Shown here in pieces: positions 60,931-64,000 of a stretch of DNA of 64,000 nt (position 1 is the first letter of the stretch; each line of letters starts with the position of its first letter). Source of the stretch: Blasia pusilla (taxonomy: Eukaryota); NCBI GenBank assembly GCA_050084515.1, contig CM114271.1, forward strand, positions 45,942,001 to 46,006,000. Direction: 5' to 3'. The notes below the pieces were generated by a model. It was not told the origin of the DNA. It made no database searches and saw only the letters and a list, made by a program, of their open reading frames with translations. Made by a program: the position numbers and the translations under genes.

Positions 60931-61197
60931 TTTCTCTTATTGTACATATAGGGTCTCCAACTATAACATAGATTTACAAAATATGAAAGAGATATTTTAA
61001 AATTTTGGAATTCATAATTTTCAAATCATTTTCAATATTGTAATGATTAAATAATTCCCCTTGTTCTACTTTTCACTTTAATATAGGCCCATTATCAAAA
61101 TAGACTTCTTGGATATTCATTATTTTCTAAAATAATTAATCAAATCTCCTTAGAAGTATAAGTAAACGATGTTCTACAATATGCAAACATTTTTTAA

Positions 61198-61632
61198 TGT
61201 TGGATTCTCAACATCCACTTCTCTAAGCACCATGAATTTGATCGGCCCCCTTGTATGAGGAGAAGCCTAGATTGATGGTTCCGACTTAAACGTCGAAGGA
61301 GTCATAGTAATATGACGTAGGTGGTTTGAGGAATAGCGTTACTAGGTTTATCTAACCCTATATTGCATCAGGGTACCCCGCACCCTGACGCGTCGCGGAG
61401 GTCCGAGGTGCGCAGCACCTAGTATGCCAAGAAAAATAGGTAAAAACCCTAGTTTTCCCGAGTAGTCAAATAGTCGGGAGCCGCAGGGGTAGCGCATTCT
61501 CGTATGTCGAGTTATCTCCATGTTCAAGTTCCATCGAAGCTCTTCTGTGAGCGCACGGACGGACTAGGCCACTTTGTATCTCTAAGTTTTTGTAAAGATT
61601 TCAATGATTTCGTCCCTTTCTGTTTTCTCACA
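61198..61632 (+). mobile_element. Copia-family solo LTR, 435 bp
   Basis: TG..CA termini with a perfect 5-bp TSD TTTAA/TTTAA. Confidence 0.95.
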
Positions 61633-61899
61633 TTTAATACAAAATTAAAATAATTAAATTTATATCAAACAAACCTTTCAATCATTGTACCTTCTACGTT
61701 AACCAAGGACTAATAATCCTAGAGAAAACTTTCATGCATTTCTTGAACTTACTTCATGGACAACAATCATAATTGACTCACATTCACAAGTCTCATGGGT
61801 GAAATATTTTGTACAAAAAATGAGTGGTACCCCACAAAACACCTTGATTGAGAGGAACCTCATACTTATGTACATTACAAAGATATAAATATGAACTCA

Positions 61900-64000
61900 T
61901 TCTATCTAATCTGATTCATCATCAAATATACGTAACACCGGTCCAGACGTCTCACCACCTCTTCCTTGTCTTCCCTTGGCTCTAGTCATGTGTGTCCTCT
62001 CCAACACAACATCAACTTCACCATCATCCGTTTCTTGTATTGGATGTGTTGGAAACATCTCCCAATCTCTCTTGAAGAATCCAAAGAGTTCCTGTTGCAT
62101 TCAACGAGGGTAATGGTATGGTCGAGGATATGCCCCTTCCATCCTTTGAGGAATATCTTGCCATAAGAAAGGTGGCAAGATCAATTAGAGTCTCCTCAAG
62201 ATAAGGTCATCCACCAATGGATTTTGATGATGTTTTAGCACAAGTTGTGTTGAGGGCATCCCGAACTTCTTGTGCATTCAACCCTTGAGGAAAGAAGAAG
62301 TTTTTTGCCTCTCGATTTTGGAGATCTATGGCAGTTTCGTGAATAAGGTCTCCTTGATCGTACATGTCAATGAAGTGGACCAGCCACGCTTGCATAGCCC
62401 AATCAATCCTTTGCTAACATGAGATTTTTGCGTGAACCATTCCATCTATGTTTACTTCGAGGTTGTAATTGGATCGGGGGCTACGATGTCCCAAATTGAA
62501 AGTGAATTTTTTTGCTCTTGGGTTCGCTTGTAATATGTAGGTGGTGCATTACTATCAGGAGCACAGAAAGAGATGCCAAAAAGGTGATAGAGTCTTCGTG
62601 ACACTTGTGAGATAGTAATATGGCCTTTTGAAGACAATATGGATATCAATAACAAGATTTACATGTGCTTGTCACGTAGCAACCTTCGACAACAATGAGG
62701 TTGAAGCAGATCATGCATTTGGGCTAATTTTTTGGCGTGAGGGCTCCTCCTTGAGCTAATGTGATTGTCTTCATCTAATCATGAAGATCTTGCTTTTTTT
62801 TTCTTGGATTCAAAGGTGTTGGGGCCAACATCAAAGAAGCATAGTTTGGAGCATTCGGATCCACAATATTTTCCCATGCTACGCGTAGAGCATGAGGCCT
62901 AAACTACTCGATAGGTTGAATTAAGATCAAATCAACCTCCTTCACAAGATGAACCTCAAGTAGAGTTGTCTTGGGGGTGAGTTCTCCCACGCAACCCCTT
63001 GCTCTCCATTGTAGCAATTCATCCATTACTTATTGTCATCTTGCCATGATGGATTCATATGCCCTCCTCCACCACTCCTCCATGTGATCAGCCATTACAA
63101 CTCTTTGTCTTCTATGGAGGTCATATTTGGAAATTAATTCATTCACAATCCTCTCCATCTCTTTCTTAAGTCTGGCATGCTCCTCACACAATTGTTGGTG
63201 CTTCCCCTTCAAAATGTTGAATTCCGCTTCCAAATCAAAAGTGCGTAAGGAATTTTTTATTAAACTCCCCAAGTGTGATAGATGAGACACAACCTCCCTA
63301 TTATTTGGAGCACTATCCCCACGAAAGGTTCTAGGATGAGTGCCGCTACGTACAGGGTGATAAGAATTCTCCTCGTGGCCATCAAAGCTCATATTACGAC
63401 CTACATTGAGGTCATTCAAAATATCTTGTCTATCTTCAAAATCCTCCTGGACTCACCTTCCATCTTCATTCTCGTTATGTATCTCTTGTTTCGTCATCCG
63501 ATTTTTTTATGTCGATCCAAGGAAGATAGTATGCCTTTAAGGCTTCTTGACAATCCACCTTGCCGGTATTGGCATGATGACGCTCGTGGTGATAAAGCTT
63601 CCACTCTTGGTTGTTTGATTATGGTGGTCAAGTTATACCATCATCAACTGTGGGTCTCTAATCTCTTCTCCAAGATGTGTCCTCCAAATCACCATAATGA
63701 ACCTCCATGTCCTTCATCAACTTCGCGACTTTGAGCTTGATAAATACCTTGCTCACTGACTTCCTCCTTCTTCTTGGGGAGATCCTGATAATTTGGAAGG
63801 CCATTGAATAAGGCCCAATCTTTTTTCCACTATTTTTCTTCTATTTCCTTGCAAATTCTCCAATTGCAGGCTGTAGCCACTTGAGCCGCGACTTCTTCAA
63901 TTGTGCTTCCAAAACTTGTGGGTCATGGATGTTATCCAAGTGTGCCTTCAATTTATCTTCCGTGATGAATTCTGAGACCCTCTTCTTGTTTACCTTCTCG
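61900..64000 (-). pseudogene. Decayed coding region of unknown origin (coiled coil plus Cys-rich, RING-like segment), probably transposon-associated
   Basis: Chained minus-strand ORF fragments with coding-like composition. CMIC..TCKSCY*YPYCL..KC at 62717-62601. Confidence 0.35.

Overview
This is eukaryotic, AT-rich, transposon-dense DNA. It is most likely from a non-seed land plant such as a bryophyte; this is an inference from the transposon repertoire and is not proven. I can support no intact host protein-coding gene, and almost all ORFs in the track are decayed transposon fragments or noise. Recognisable elements are a near full-length CRE-like non-LTR retrotransposon with a restriction-like endonuclease plus two 3' fragments, and two long LINEs plus one 3' fragment, one of them inserted in a (CT)n tract. 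There is also a Ty1/copia element whose LTR family recurs five times, a decayed hAT element with a family of related non-autonomous ends, mini-Helitrons, CACTA ends, MITEs and a ~180-bp tandem repeat array. The standout is a decayed Ty3/gypsy LTR retrotransposon at ~40.0-46.5 kb. Its pol carries a DNMT3-like C5 cytosine methyltransferase domain (motifs I, II, IV, V, VI, VIII, IX and X readable) between protease and RT, and a PHD finger at the integrase C-terminus. It therefore appears to have encoded its own methylation writer and a chromatin reader. A solo LTR of the same family lies at 54.9-55.5 kb.
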